A stretch of 33,686 bases of DNA from a virus (Duplodnaviria > Caudoviricetes): positions 1 to 33,686 of IMG/VR virus record IMGVR_UViG_3300027693_000014; one strand, given 5' to 3'. Within the stretch, counting starts at the first letter, position 1. The number at the start of each line of letters is the position of its first letter. Under the pieces are notes generated by a model, which worked only from the letters and a program-made list of their open reading frames with translations, made no database searches and was not told the DNA's origin. A program made the translations under genes and the position numbers. Of the stretch, positions 1-9,322 are shown piece by piece.

Positions 1-170
1 AAGTGGCGTTGCTTGGGCGTGAAACCCCGCGCCGCCCTCTCCCAGACACCCATTTCACCCGCAAGGGCGAGAAGATCACTTGTTCAAAGTCCAACCATGA
101 CCTCGTCGGGGCTGGTGGCGGACTCAATACATTCATCCCGACGACTACCAAGGAGGAGGCCAGCATGGCA
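1..170. repeat. Terminal direct repeat, left copy (circular assembly overlap)
   Basis: 1-170 aligns to 33517-33686; identical over 45-170, with 5 substitutions at 2, 14, 35, 38 and 44. Confidence 0.97.
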
Positions 171-773
171 TCCAGCGACGATATGCGCGAGGAGTTGGAG
201 GCCATGAAGTGCGCCATCTCCGAACTCTCGGACATGATGAAGAAGAAGTTCGCAGACGACTCGGACGACAAGGACGAGATGGCTGAGGACGACGATGAGA
301 TGAAGGACGAGATGGCCGAGGAAGACGGTCAAGTCCACATCGACATCGAGAGCCATGACGTTGAGGCAGGCGAAGACGAAGACGAGGCGGAGCCGGTGGT
401 CGCTAGCCGATCCACCTACGCGCTTCGCTCTGAGAACGCCCGTCTCAAGTCCCGGTTCGCTCGGCTTGAAGCCGAGTTGAAGCGCGAGAAGTTTGAGCGC
501 GAAGTGGAGATCATGGAGCAGGAGGGCTACCGCATCCCAGACTCACAGCGCGAGGCGCTTGTTGGTCAGTTGCAGGCTTCCCGCAACCCAGTTGCTCTCC
601 TTGAGTCATGGCGCGACCTGTTCGCCCGCGACCCAATCGGAACCAAGATTGATATGAGCCGAGCAGCCCTGCCGCGTGGCATGGACATTGGTGACGTTGG
701 CTCACTCGTCAAGCAATTTGCTGGCAAGCCTGAAGAGTTTGCCCGTGCAATCAACTCCCGAATGAAGGGATAA
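3..773 (+). CDS. 3' part of Mu gpI-like prohead protease/scaffold (gene starts at 32793 and wraps the origin; ~498 aa total)
   Basis: In frame with the open frame from ATG 32793; acidic D/E tract plus coiled coil typical of scaffolds; directly upstream of the cement and capsid genes. Confidence 0.8.
   Translation: MALLGRETPRRPLPDTHFTRKGEKITCSKSNHDLVGAGGGLNTFIPTTTKEEASMASSDDMREELEAMKCAISELSDMMKKKFADDSDDKDEMAEDDDEMKDEMAEEDGQVHIDIESHDVEAGEDEDEAEPVVASRSTYALRSENARLKSRFARLEAELKREKFEREVEIMEQEGYRIPDSQREALVGQLQASRNPVALLESWRDLFARDPIGTKIDMSRAALPRGMDIGDVGSLVKQFAGKPEEFARAINSRMKG
151..167 (+). promoter_or_regulatory. Internal RBS and in-frame ATG for a separately translated scaffold (165-773)
   Basis: AGGAGGAGG at 151-159 followed by ATG at 165; analogous to Mu gpI/gpZ. 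Confidence 0.65.
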
Positions 774-785
774 AAGGAAACAACA

Positions 786-1175
786 ATGCTTCAATTCTCT
801 CCAAATCTCATTGCTACCGCTGACATCAACCCCTATGCCATCGTCAAGATGTCAACGACCGCGTTCTCAGGTTCTGCCTCCACGGCAGCGGCTGACTACG
901 TTGTCGGCGTTGCTGACGGCTCAACAAGCCGATTCAATACCACCGTTCACGCAGCAGCAGGCGACCCAATCAGTCTCCAGCCGTCTAACTGCGTCCAATT
1001 GAAGTGCGGCGCATCGGTCGCTATTACTGCGGGTCTTGGCTTGATCGCCGGGACTGCGGGCGTAGCGATTACTGCGGCTGGTAGCGGCAATGTTCCGCTG
1101 TTCGTGGCTCTTGAGCCAGCAGCGGTTGATTCCATCTTCTGGGCATACCGCCTGCCCTCCGTCAAGGCTCTGTAA
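786..1175 (+). CDS. Capsid cement/decoration protein (DUF2190-like)
   Basis: 129 aa Ala/Gly-rich beta protein between scaffold and MCP; AAGGA RBS. Confidence 0.7.
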   Translation: MLQFSPNLIATADINPYAIVKMSTTAFSGSASTAAADYVVGVADGSTSRFNTTVHAAAGDPISLQPSNCVQLKCGASVAITAGLGLIAGTAGVAITAAGSGNVPLFVALEPAAVDSIFWAYRLPSVKAL

Positions 1176-1200
1176 TTAATTATCGAAAGGAGGTCATCAA

Positions 1201-2238
1201 ATGGCCTATGTGACAGTCGGAGGCGGTCTAAACACTTACGTCCCCTCCACCAACGCGCTTGCAACCGGCGCTCTTCAGGTTGAGTTCACCCGTGCGGTGA
1301 ATTCGTTTGCCATCACCCGTTACGCCCAAATCGTCGCCTGCAATCAAATGACGGGGTACTACCTCCGTCTTGATTCGGACGACAACGTCCGCGTCTCAAA
1401 CGAAAACGAATTTATCTGGCCTCTTGGCAACGACCGCCCGGTCGGCAAGATGAACCAGCACGACTTCGTTACGTTCACCGCGCAGCGTTACGCGTTCCCG
1501 TTCTACATCCCAAACGAAACCGTCAAGCAAGCCGCGTGGGACATCGTTGCCCAGCACGCTCGCAGTAAGGCGCAGCTCGCTATGACCGCTCGCTCCATGC
1601 GAACGGCTACCGCGCTGACCAACTCCACAGCTGTGGCCGCATTCACCTTAGCGGGCAACTATCAGGCTCTTGGTAGTACTTGGAAGGGCGTTTGGACGGC
1701 TTCGTCCACTAACGTCATTCAGGCAAGCATCCAAGACGCGCTCCAGCGCATCTCGCTTGCTACTGGTGGCGCGGTTCGTAGTGAAGACATTTGCATGGTC
1801 ATTAGTCCGACCGTTGCAAATATCATCTCACAGGCGGACGAAATCCGTAACTATGTGAAGAACTACCCAGCGGCCTTGCCGTTCCTTCAGGGTTCGGACA
1901 TCTTCTCCCGTTACGGCCTCCCGCCGAATCTGTTCGGCGTTTCGGTTGTCGTTGACGACTCGGTCAAGGTGACAAGTCGCAAGAACAACGCAGTTGCAGG
2001 TACTCGTTCGTTCGTGTACGGCAACTCGGCAATCTTCGTGAGCCGCCCCGGTGGCTTGGTTGGTGTCGAAGGTTCGACCTCGTTTAGCACCTGCCAGATC
2101 TTCGCCTTTGAAGATATGACGGTCGAGAACTGGGACGATCCGAAGGATCGCCGTATTGAAGGTCGCGTCATTGACACAAGCACCTCGGAATTGGTTTCCC
2201 CAATCTCTGGGTTCCTGTGCGCCAACGTCACGGGCTAA
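1201..2238 (+). CDS. Major capsid protein
   Basis: 345 aa, perfect AAGGAGGT RBS, canonical position, followed by a strong hairpin. Confidence 0.85.
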   Translation: MAYVTVGGGLNTYVPSTNALATGALQVEFTRAVNSFAITRYAQIVACNQMTGYYLRLDSDDNVRVSNENEFIWPLGNDRPVGKMNQHDFVTFTAQRYAFPFYIPNETVKQAAWDIVAQHARSKAQLAMTARSMRTATALTNSTAVAAFTLAGNYQALGSTWKGVWTASSTNVIQASIQDALQRISLATGGAVRSEDICMVISPTVANIISQADEIRNYVKNYPAALPFLQGSDIFSRYGLPPNLFGVSVVVDDSVKVTSRKNNAVAGTRSFVYGNSAIFVSRPGGLVGVEGSTSFSTCQIFAFEDMTVENWDDPKDRRIEGRVIDTSTSELVSPISGFLCANVTG

Positions 2239-2257
2239 TTCTTCAGCCTCTCAGGAT

Positions 2258-2291
2258 GAGGGTGGTGGGGACTTCGGTTCCCACCACCCTC
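2258..2291 (+). terminator. Strong hairpin after MCP (terminator/attenuator or mRNA stabiliser)
   Basis: GAGGGTGGTGGGGAC-TTCG-GTTCCCACCACCCTC; C(UUCG)G loop; no U-tract. Confidence 0.65.
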
Positions 2292-2305
2292 TCTAGGCGG
2301 AACCT

Positions 2306-2800
2306 ATGACCGCATACGCCACCTACGCCGATTTGGAGTCCGCGCTCGATGCCCAGATCATTGCACAACTGTGCAGCGACCTCGGTAGCCCTATGCTCGG
2401 CTCCAACCCGGTCACGACGCACGCGCTAGAACGCGCTACAGGGATTGTGCAGGCGTACACGCGTGTAGGCGGCATCTACACCGATTTGGATTTGACGACG
2501 CTCTCAGCGGCTCGTGACCCCCTGCTGATGACGCTCGTTGTTGACTTGGCGGTTGAGGCGCTCTTTCAGCGTCGCGCCATGAAGATTACCCCAGCCGTTG
2601 AGCAGCGCTTAAAGCAGGCGTACTCCATGCTGGAAGCACTCCGGGACGGGAAGATGATATTCGGGGCGCTTGCTAAGGCAGCAGAAGCAGGCTTGCCAGC
2701 GGTGCAGGCTACCCCGGCGATGACCAACGCTTGGTATAACGGCGTCAGCACGAGCGCCTTCTTCCGCCCTCGCCTCCCGAACACGATGCCGGGGAGCTGA
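2306..2800 (+). CDS. Head-tail adaptor, Mu gp36/DUF1320-like
   Basis: N-terminal YATYADL and C-terminal YSMLEALRDGK pattern; follows MCP. Confidence 0.75.
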   Translation: MTAYATYADLESALDAQIIAQLCSDLGSPMLGSNPVTTHALERATGIVQAYTRVGGIYTDLDLTTLSAARDPLLMTLVVDLAVEALFQRRAMKITPAVEQRLKQAYSMLEALRDGKMIFGALAKAAEAGLPAVQATPAMTNAWYNGVSTSAFFRPRLPNTMPGS

Positions 2801-2801
2801 C

Positions 2802-3491
2802 GTGGAACCGTGGCGCAAACGCGTAGCCAAGGCGCTCGCTAGCCCTGCTGTCCAAAAGGGCATAGCAACGGCAATCTCATCGTTTGCGAAGCAGCACATT
2901 GCACAGAGCCAAGGACGCGGCCCGAATGGGGAGACGGTCGCCCTCGCAGCGCTGAAGCCGATGTCGGGCGAGTTCTGGACGACCAAGAAGCCACGCGCTG
3001 GCGATACTGCAAGCGCCACCCGTCAAGTCCTCAAGGCGGTCAGCCGCAAGAAGAAAGACGGCTCGGTCGTTGTGAAGAACGTCATGGTGACCGAGTACAA
3101 GATGTCCGGGCAGTCCTACCGAAACGGTGGTCAGCCGCTCCGCGACACGGGAAACCTACTGCGGTCGATTGGGGCGAAAGCCGAGCAGGTCGGTCCGTCC
3201 CGCCTCTCCGTGACCATGTCCGGAGCCATCTACGGCATCTACCATGAGAAGGGCTTCTCAACCGACGGCCCGAACTTCATCCCGCTGACGCGCAAGGGCA
3301 AGCGCACCCATGCGACTGGGGCGAATCCCTATAGCGAAGGACTGACCCCCGGCAAGGATTTCACGATGGCATGGAGCGGCGTGGACGTTCCGGCTCGTCC
3401 GTTCCTTGTCCCGACTAACACCGAATTCGTAAGTATCGGCAAGACGATCAAAATCGGGCTTGCCAAAATCCTCAAAGGAAAGGCGCAATAA
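2802..3491 (+). CDS. Virion morphogenesis/tail completion protein (Mu gpG / P2 gpS-like)
   Basis: LRDTGNLLRSI, YGIYHEKG and VPARPFL motifs. Confidence 0.8.
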   Translation: MEPWRKRVAKALASPAVQKGIATAISSFAKQHIAQSQGRGPNGETVALAALKPMSGEFWTTKKPRAGDTASATRQVLKAVSRKKKDGSVVVKNVMVTEYKMSGQSYRNGGQPLRDTGNLLRSIGAKAEQVGPSRLSVTMSGAIYGIYHEKGFSTDGPNFIPLTRKGKRTHATGANPYSEGLTPGKDFTMAWSGVDVPARPFLVPTNTEFVSIGKTIKIGLAKILKGKAQ

Positions 3492-3980
3492 ATGGCAACG
3501 GCAATCTTTGTAGCAGGGCCTACATCAATCTACGTCAATGTGGGATCTGGCTACGTCGAGCTCGGGCAGACCGACAACGACAGCCTGCCGCAAGTCTCCT
3601 ACTCGGACAACATTCATGAGATCAAGACCGTTTCGTCGGGCGCGACCCCGGAGGAGATGGTGGTCCAGAATACGAGCGCGACCATCACCGTCACGCTGGT
3701 CAAGTGGGATGCGTCGGTATTGACAAGCCTTCAGGCGCGGCAGCGTGGCGCGGCGTTCACGTCTACCGTTGGCCGTCTCTTGGTCGGCGACAGCGGGACG
3801 TTCGGGGTTCAAATCGACCCAATAGCGGTAGGTAAGACGGGCTACACCTTCGGGCGTTGCTTCCTGATGGGCGACGCCATCACTCACTCGCAATTCGGCA
3901 ACGTCGAGCAGCGCATGGGTTTGACCTTCCGCGCCATCCCAGACGGCAGCAATATTCTCGCCGCCTCATATACTTCCTGA
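3492..3980 (+). CDS. Probable tail tube (major tail) protein
   Basis: 162 aa beta-rich protein (ELGQT..., ATITVTL) immediately upstream of the frameshifted chaperone pair. Confidence 0.65.
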   Translation: MATAIFVAGPTSIYVNVGSGYVELGQTDNDSLPQVSYSDNIHEIKTVSSGATPEEMVVQNTSATITVTLVKWDASVLTSLQARQRGAAFTSTVGRLLVGDSGTFGVQIDPIAVGKTGYTFGRCFLMGDAITHSQFGNVEQRMGLTFRAIPDGSNILAASYTS

Positions 3981-3981
3981 C

Positions 3982-4236
3982 ATGATCGACCTAGCACTAG
4001 ACAACGACCCGCTTCTCTTCCGCGTAGAAATCCCATCCGGCGCGCTGGTGGTGCAATGGAACGAGGCACTAGCCGCATTAAGCGGAAAGCAAGACGCCGC
4101 TCCGCAAGTCGCGGATGTCGCCGCAGCTTTACGAAAAGTAGCACGCACGCCGGAGGTTGCTGCTGGCGCGTCGGATGAGATCCTCTTTGCAGTCTTTGCA
4201 CGCATGGGCAAGGCGGTTGAACAGGCGGGAAACTGA
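3982..4236 (+). CDS. Tail assembly chaperone (G-like)
   Basis: Ends in slippery heptamer G-GGA-AAC just before TGA; lies between tube and tape measure. Confidence 0.65.
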   Translation: MIDLALDNDPLLFRVEIPSGALVVQWNEALAALSGKQDAAPQVADVAAALRKVARTPEVAAGASDEILFAVFARMGKAVEQAGN

Positions 4237-4490
4237 CAAGGGGAGTTGCCCAATTCTTGGCAACCTACGGACGGCTCCCCTCAGACTTTGACGAAAGTAC
4301 AGCGATGGGACTAGCGCAGAACATCCCCATGATTGAAGCGCGTCAGTCTCTTGTATTCGCGCAAGGCATTGCCATTGCTTTCGGATCGCCAGAACTGACC
4401 GAACACACCATCCGCATGGCGACAGGAAATAGCGACCTCGCGTTCCGTGTTCGCATGAGCATGGAACACCAAAAGGCGGCAACGCTATGA
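4227..4490 (+). CDS. Tail assembly chaperone -1 frameshift extension (GT-like)
   Basis: The -1 frame from GGGAAAC (4227-4233) is open to 4490 and coincides with ORF 4257-4490, which has only a TTG start. Confidence 0.65.
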   Translation, partial: GKLTRGVAQFLATYGRLPSDFDESTAMGLAQNIPMIEARQSLVFAQGIAIAFGSPELTEHTIRMATGNSDLAFRVRMSMEHQKAATL

Positions 4491-4951
4491 CCGTTCAAAG
4501 CAATTCAGGAATTTGGATTGAGCTGCGGAATCAAATTCGCAACTGGATGACGGCTCGCGGCTACGGCGATCAGGTCTACTTGGCTGAGAAGCCAACGGAT
4601 GACATGGTTGCGCAGTACGCAGTACAAATCGTCCCATCAGGCGACGCGGCTCTACACCCCCGTAGTGGCGTTGGTCTGCTTGAGGCAACGATCAATATAA
4701 CGGTCTGGTGGCGCGGGCTACTCGATCACACGAGCCAAGCGACCGAGCGCATTGCCGGGGAAGAAGGCATTGAGCAGTTTATCGACGGGCTGCGCACGCT
4801 CTTGATCCAGAACACGCTCGGCGGTCGCCTGACCATCCCGCTCACATGGCGCAGCGGTGGGCAGATCGAAGCGGTAGACGAAGCGGTCGGCTGGATGCGC
4901 GGCACGGAGACTTTCCTGTGCGCCTTTGAAATGACGTGGGAGGTTCAGTAA
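4487..4951 (+). CDS. Putative tail terminator/completion protein
   Basis: 154 aa alpha/beta pattern; coupled to neighbours by ATGA and TAATG overlaps. Confidence 0.45.
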   Translation: MTVQSNSGIWIELRNQIRNWMTARGYGDQVYLAEKPTDDMVAQYAVQIVPSGDAALHPRSGVGLLEATINITVWWRGLLDHTSQATERIAGEEGIEQFIDGLRTLLIQNTLGGRLTIPLTWRSGGQIEAVDEAVGWMRGTETFLCAFEMTWEVQ

Positions 4952-5715
4952 TGCAAGACCTCGGCAAAATCACCATTGACATCAACGAGGGCGGAAACTC
5001 TTCTGCGGGCGGCGCTCCCGGCGGCGGCGGTGATAGTGGTGGAGGGGGAATTGATGTGTCTAAAATGATCTCAGCGGCCGGAAGTGCTTTGTCCTTTGCC
5101 GCTGGGGTAGTCAAAAAGGCATTTGACGAAATCGCAAAGGCGGCTCGATATATCTACGACTCCTTGATGAAGCTGCATTCGTTCATCATGGAATTTGCAA
5201 ACGATATTCGGGAGTACAGCCCGACCATTCAAATTGCAGAAATGACGAACGAGATAGCAAGCATGATGCAGAAACTGCGTCTCGGTGCTATTACGGGTCC
5301 GTTTGTAGCGGCGCAAATGCTCCAGTCGGGTCGAATCGAGCGAGCCATGTTTGAAATCAAGGGCTATACGGCTTCGCTTGGAGCCATATTCCTTGAGCCA
5401 ATTACCAAAGCAATAGCGGACATTTTGGAAAATATCGTTGTTCGGCTTCCGGAAATCATTCAAGCCATTTATGAGGCCGCCAAGACGACCGGAAGAATAG
5501 CCATGCAATTTGGGCAGGCGCTGACCCAAAACTTTGCCATGTTTGGAATGCCCGGTATGGCGCTTGGTATGTGGCTGATTCAGTTCGGAGCAATGGCCAC
5601 GAACATCAGCAAGAATGTTCAGAAGCTTGCCAATGCGGCATCAACAAACGCGTCGATGGTTGACATAAACAAGCCATTCATGGCAGACCTACGCCTCATG
5701 GGAGCAAAGATTTAG
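4951..5715 (+). CDS. Putative (very short) tape measure protein
   Basis: MQDLGKITIDI-type N-terminus; helical Ala/Ile/Met-rich body; position after chaperones; start taken at the TAATG overlap. Confidence 0.55.
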   Translation: MQDLGKITIDINEGGNSSAGGAPGGGGDSGGGGIDVSKMISAAGSALSFAAGVVKKAFDEIAKAARYIYDSLMKLHSFIMEFANDIREYSPTIQIAEMTNEIASMMQKLRLGAITGPFVAAQMLQSGRIERAMFEIKGYTASLGAIFLEPITKAIADILENIVVRLPEIIQAIYEAAKTTGRIAMQFGQALTQNFAMFGMPGMALGMWLIQFGAMATNISKNVQKLANAASTNASMVDINKPFMADLRLMGAKI

Positions 5716-5717
5716 CC

Positions 5718-7544
5718 ATGCCAGCGCCAACAGGTAATACTTACGTCGCGTTTGTTTACGACTCAACCATCTACAAGCTTCAGTACGCAAACATTTCTTC
5801 ATACGAGCATCGACCGATTTACGCGGAAGATGGGTTTACCCTGATTCGTTATGAGGTTCATGTAGCCGGAAGCGCCTTGATTTCGGACGGACTATCGACC
5901 TACACCGAACTGGCTAGCCGCTTTCAAAACGGAACCGGGCGCGTAGATAACGTATTGGTAAGCGTTACTACCCCGGAAGGCTCAGAAAACTTGCTAGACA
6001 TTGGTCACCCGGACGCGCTGCGCGGTCCGCTCATGTCTATCAACGTGACGGAAATAAGTGGACGCCGTGCGTGCGTTGTGAACTTTACGATTTCGGCAGC
6101 GCTAGCCGTTACGCCAACATCAAACTATCCAATCCTGTCGCACCGATGGACGTCTCGGTTTTCTCTTGACGCTGCTGGGCATATCACCCGCACGGTGTCG
6201 GGCGTTCTTGTCGTTAACTTAGCCGCGACGGGTACAACCGCGACAGCGGCGCTAGGCGGAACGTCTGGGCAAGTATCCGGCAAAGCGCCATTTGCGGATT
6301 TGTTTCGTCGCGCCATTCTTCCAATCCTCAACGTAAGTGGAATTTGGAGACGCGACTCACAGACCTTTGCATATAACGAGGCTGGCAATTCGCTGATTTA
6401 CGAAATCACGGATTCAAACGCTCGCACGTCTTTGCCAGATAGTTCTTTCTCGGGATCGGCAGAATTCAGTTACGAGCGCAATCGCCAGCAGTTGGCATGG
6501 GCAACACTTCGGTTTTCGTGTGACCTAGAAGGCGACGTTACGGGAGATGTCCGGCACATGATTTGGTCGGCGGTTGTGCTATCGCAATCGCGCATCAGCT
6601 TCACGCGCAGCAAGATCATGCGGATGGTTGTGACTGAGCAAGATATGCTCAAGAAGGCAAAGATTAGGTTTGAAATTGAAGCCCTTGCCCCGGCGGTTGG
6701 CACGGATATCGTTGGGGTTTCAAACGCTTCTGTCCCCTTGGCTCAATTTGTCGGCAAGTATTTTTCCGTAGGTCGAAACTGCCCGGCGCTTGTACCACCC
6801 TACGGACCGTACTACGGAGTGGCTGGTGTTCCGCATTGGTTTGATAATGAAACAAGCGCAAAATCTTCAACGGCGCAAACCATTGCGGTCGCGTCTTGTA
6901 TTCAAGTCATTACGGACTATTGCAGCCCGACAACCCCAACCATTTCTATCGGAATCCCTGATACGGACTTTGCGGCAGCAAATGCCACTATTGAAGTCGG
7001 CCCATTTGATACCCCGCTAGCCGAATTCAATGGAGACGGTCAATGTGCAACGGTCGATCAGGCATCTACAACTACAAGCGTAAACACCAAAACGCGTATG
7101 CACCGCCTGCAAACGCTCTACACCGAAGGCTCTGATTTCGTCTTCCAGACTGGCAAAGCAAGCATCACGCTTGAAGAAACGACCATCGTCAAGCGGACGA
7201 ACATCCCGCCCATACGGACGTTCCGACCAATTCCCGCTGGCTTCATGGTCGTCAAGGACGATTGGAAAGTCAATCACGGAGACGTAGACGCGGGCGGTCA
7301 CCGCACCTTTATCGGGATCTATACCCGGACGCTCCAGTCGTACGACGGCGGCGGCTCGACGAGCAACGGTTACTACACCGAAAACGGTCGCCGTCAATGG
7401 TGGCCGACGGGCGCTAACCCAAGCGTTGCTGCTCCGCTGACCCTTGGATTTGATTCAACAAATCAAAATCCGTCTTCTTCCGTCTTGAGTCTTGGAAATG
7501 CTTCACAGGCGTATCAAGTCGGAACGCCACAGGACTACGCGTAA
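5718..7544 (+). CDS. Tail tip/baseplate structural protein
   Basis: 608 aa beta-rich S/T-rich ORF following the tape measure. Confidence 0.5.
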   Translation: MPAPTGNTYVAFVYDSTIYKLQYANISSYEHRPIYAEDGFTLIRYEVHVAGSALISDGLSTYTELASRFQNGTGRVDNVLVSVTTPEGSENLLDIGHPDALRGPLMSINVTEISGRRACVVNFTISAALAVTPTSNYPILSHRWTSRFSLDAAGHITRTVSGVLVVNLAATGTTATAALGGTSGQVSGKAPFADLFRRAILPILNVSGIWRRDSQTFAYNEAGNSLIYEITDSNARTSLPDSSFSGSAEFSYERNRQQLAWATLRFSCDLEGDVTGDVRHMIWSAVVLSQSRISFTRSKIMRMVVTEQDMLKKAKIRFEIEALAPAVGTDIVGVSNASVPLAQFVGKYFSVGRNCPALVPPYGPYYGVAGVPHWFDNETSAKSSTAQTIAVASCIQVITDYCSPTTPTISIGIPDTDFAAANATIEVGPFDTPLAEFNGDGQCATVDQASTTTSVNTKTRMHRLQTLYTEGSDFVFQTGKASITLEETTIVKRTNIPPIRTFRPIPAGFMVVKDDWKVNHGDVDAGGHRTFIGIYTRTLQSYDGGGSTSNGYYTENGRRQWWPTGANPSVAAPLTLGFDSTNQNPSSSVLSLGNASQAYQVGTPQDYA

Positions 7545-9313
7545 TGGGAGTACAGGCTTACATCACGGCAGGCGCGGTGACGATCCCAGTCTTGCTGCCT
7601 GATGCCGTTATGCTTGACACGGCGCGGCAGATCGGCATCCCAGAAGCGGATCTCTTTTGCGTGGACGTCCCAGTCGGGATGACGCAACACACCCGCGCTA
7701 GCTTCCTAATCGCATCTACGCAGGTCGCTGCCTTGTACGCGACCCTAAATGTGTCGTTGACGCTTGAGGATTCAAGCGGGCTGTCGGTCGTCATCAGCAA
7801 CCTGTACGCCCGTCCGCACCAGCCGTTCTACTGGACGCAGCAGGGCGGCGCGGTGTTGGTGGAACTAGTGGACGAGCGTTGGTACTGGCAATTCTCAAGC
7901 GCCGCTGTCTTGAACCTTGCTATTGCTCCGACATGGTCGTCCGATGGTCGCTGGCAGGTCAACGGAGCAACCGCCCCCGACCCGATCACGACCTACACCG
8001 AGCTTCTTGCTGAGGTGACTACGGCGGCGACGGCGGACAGCCTGACCTCCCCGACCGGGTTTACCGTGCAGTCCCCAGAATACATGAGGCGGCTAAGCGA
8101 CCTATTCGGTTCGCCAAATGTCAGCCTCGCGCTCGTCCTTGACGCTATCGCGGTGGCGAATCAGCAGATCATTGTTAGCACAGGGTCGGCGACGATCTTT
8201 ATCGCTCGTGCCACCTTGAAGCAACAGTACAACGCGCGGATGAACTTGTATCAAGTCGCTATGCGCGGCGGGATGCAGCCCGTGAGCGGGACGGCGACCT
8301 CAACAAACCCGCTTGTTGCGCTTTACAACTCGACCGGATTCCAAGCGCGTGCGCCGTTGACGTGCAGCACCATCTTCCCCCAGCGCATGGTTGAGGGGCT
8401 GACGGTTTACAACAACTGCAACCTCGCCAACACCCCGGCGCTGGATAAGAACTTCACGGCGAACCAAGTCTATGCGGCAGGGGATGCGGCTCCCTTTGTC
8501 CGCGCCCCGAACGACATCGGAGCGGGCTACATCACGGACGCGTCGGTGGTCGTCAATGACCATACCGGGGCGGTGTTGACAAGTACGCCGGGTTGGAACA
8601 CCACCCCACTCTCCACCTTGATACGAGCCGATTACGCTTCGCGGTACAACAACGTCCCCTTTGGCCGCACCGTGTGGGCTGGGTGGATTCCGTGGTACAG
8701 CAATGCGACCACCACCATCGGGCAGCTCGGGAACGTCTCCTACCGCCTTGCCATCATTGACGGCGAATGGTCGCCGCATACCGTCACCTCGGCGGACGAA
8801 GCGGACTGGCGCTTTGGATTGCAGGGGACGAGTTGGAACGAGCCGCGCGACGTGGTCACCGCCAAGGGCAACGCGCAGGCATACCGGAATTGCGTCGGGG
8901 CGACCATCATTGACGTCCCGCCTCCTATGTGCCGTTCGTTCCCTGCTCGGATCACGAATAGCGAGTATTACGGGAATTGGCGCTGGGCGTACTCGTTTGT
9001 CGAGGTCGAACCCAACCCAACCGTCGGGGCGACCCCAAGCGTCAGTATCGGGAACTACGCCCGCACGGCAGCGGGCGCAATCGTTGCCCGCAACATGGCA
9101 GAGAACGGTAACACCGACCCATCCCGCGTAGCGCCCGGCGTACTGCAGGCGCACTACCTCAACGCGACCATCGAGGCGCTTCCGATCTGCAACGACACCA
9201 TCGTCCATATGGTCGAGCAATTCCCGACCTCCTACGAGATTGGGAGTGTTCCTTCCATTCCGCAGTATTGGTTCTCAATGCCGAACGCCGTGAAGGTAAC
9301 TTGCACCGAATAG
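7544..9313 (+). CDS. Tail tip/hub structural protein
   Basis: 589 aa; TAATG coupling; tail-module context. Confidence 0.5.
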   Translation: MGVQAYITAGAVTIPVLLPDAVMLDTARQIGIPEADLFCVDVPVGMTQHTRASFLIASTQVAALYATLNVSLTLEDSSGLSVVISNLYARPHQPFYWTQQGGAVLVELVDERWYWQFSSAAVLNLAIAPTWSSDGRWQVNGATAPDPITTYTELLAEVTTAATADSLTSPTGFTVQSPEYMRRLSDLFGSPNVSLALVLDAIAVANQQIIVSTGSATIFIARATLKQQYNARMNLYQVAMRGGMQPVSGTATSTNPLVALYNSTGFQARAPLTCSTIFPQRMVEGLTVYNNCNLANTPALDKNFTANQVYAAGDAAPFVRAPNDIGAGYITDASVVVNDHTGAVLTSTPGWNTTPLSTLIRADYASRYNNVPFGRTVWAGWIPWYSNATTTIGQLGNVSYRLAIIDGEWSPHTVTSADEADWRFGLQGTSWNEPRDVVTAKGNAQAYRNCVGATIIDVPPPMCRSFPARITNSEYYGNWRWAYSFVEVEPNPTVGATPSVSIGNYARTAAGAIVARNMAENGNTDPSRVAPGVLQAHYLNATIEALPICNDTIVHMVEQFPTSYEIGSVPSIPQYWFSMPNAVKVTCTE

Positions 9314-9322
9314 GAGCGACAC

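Noticed and set aside
1-170. Terminal repeat as a physical virion DTR or att site
   Set aside because: It falls mid-gene with a k-mer-sized identical core (126 nt), so an assembly overlap is more parsimonious.
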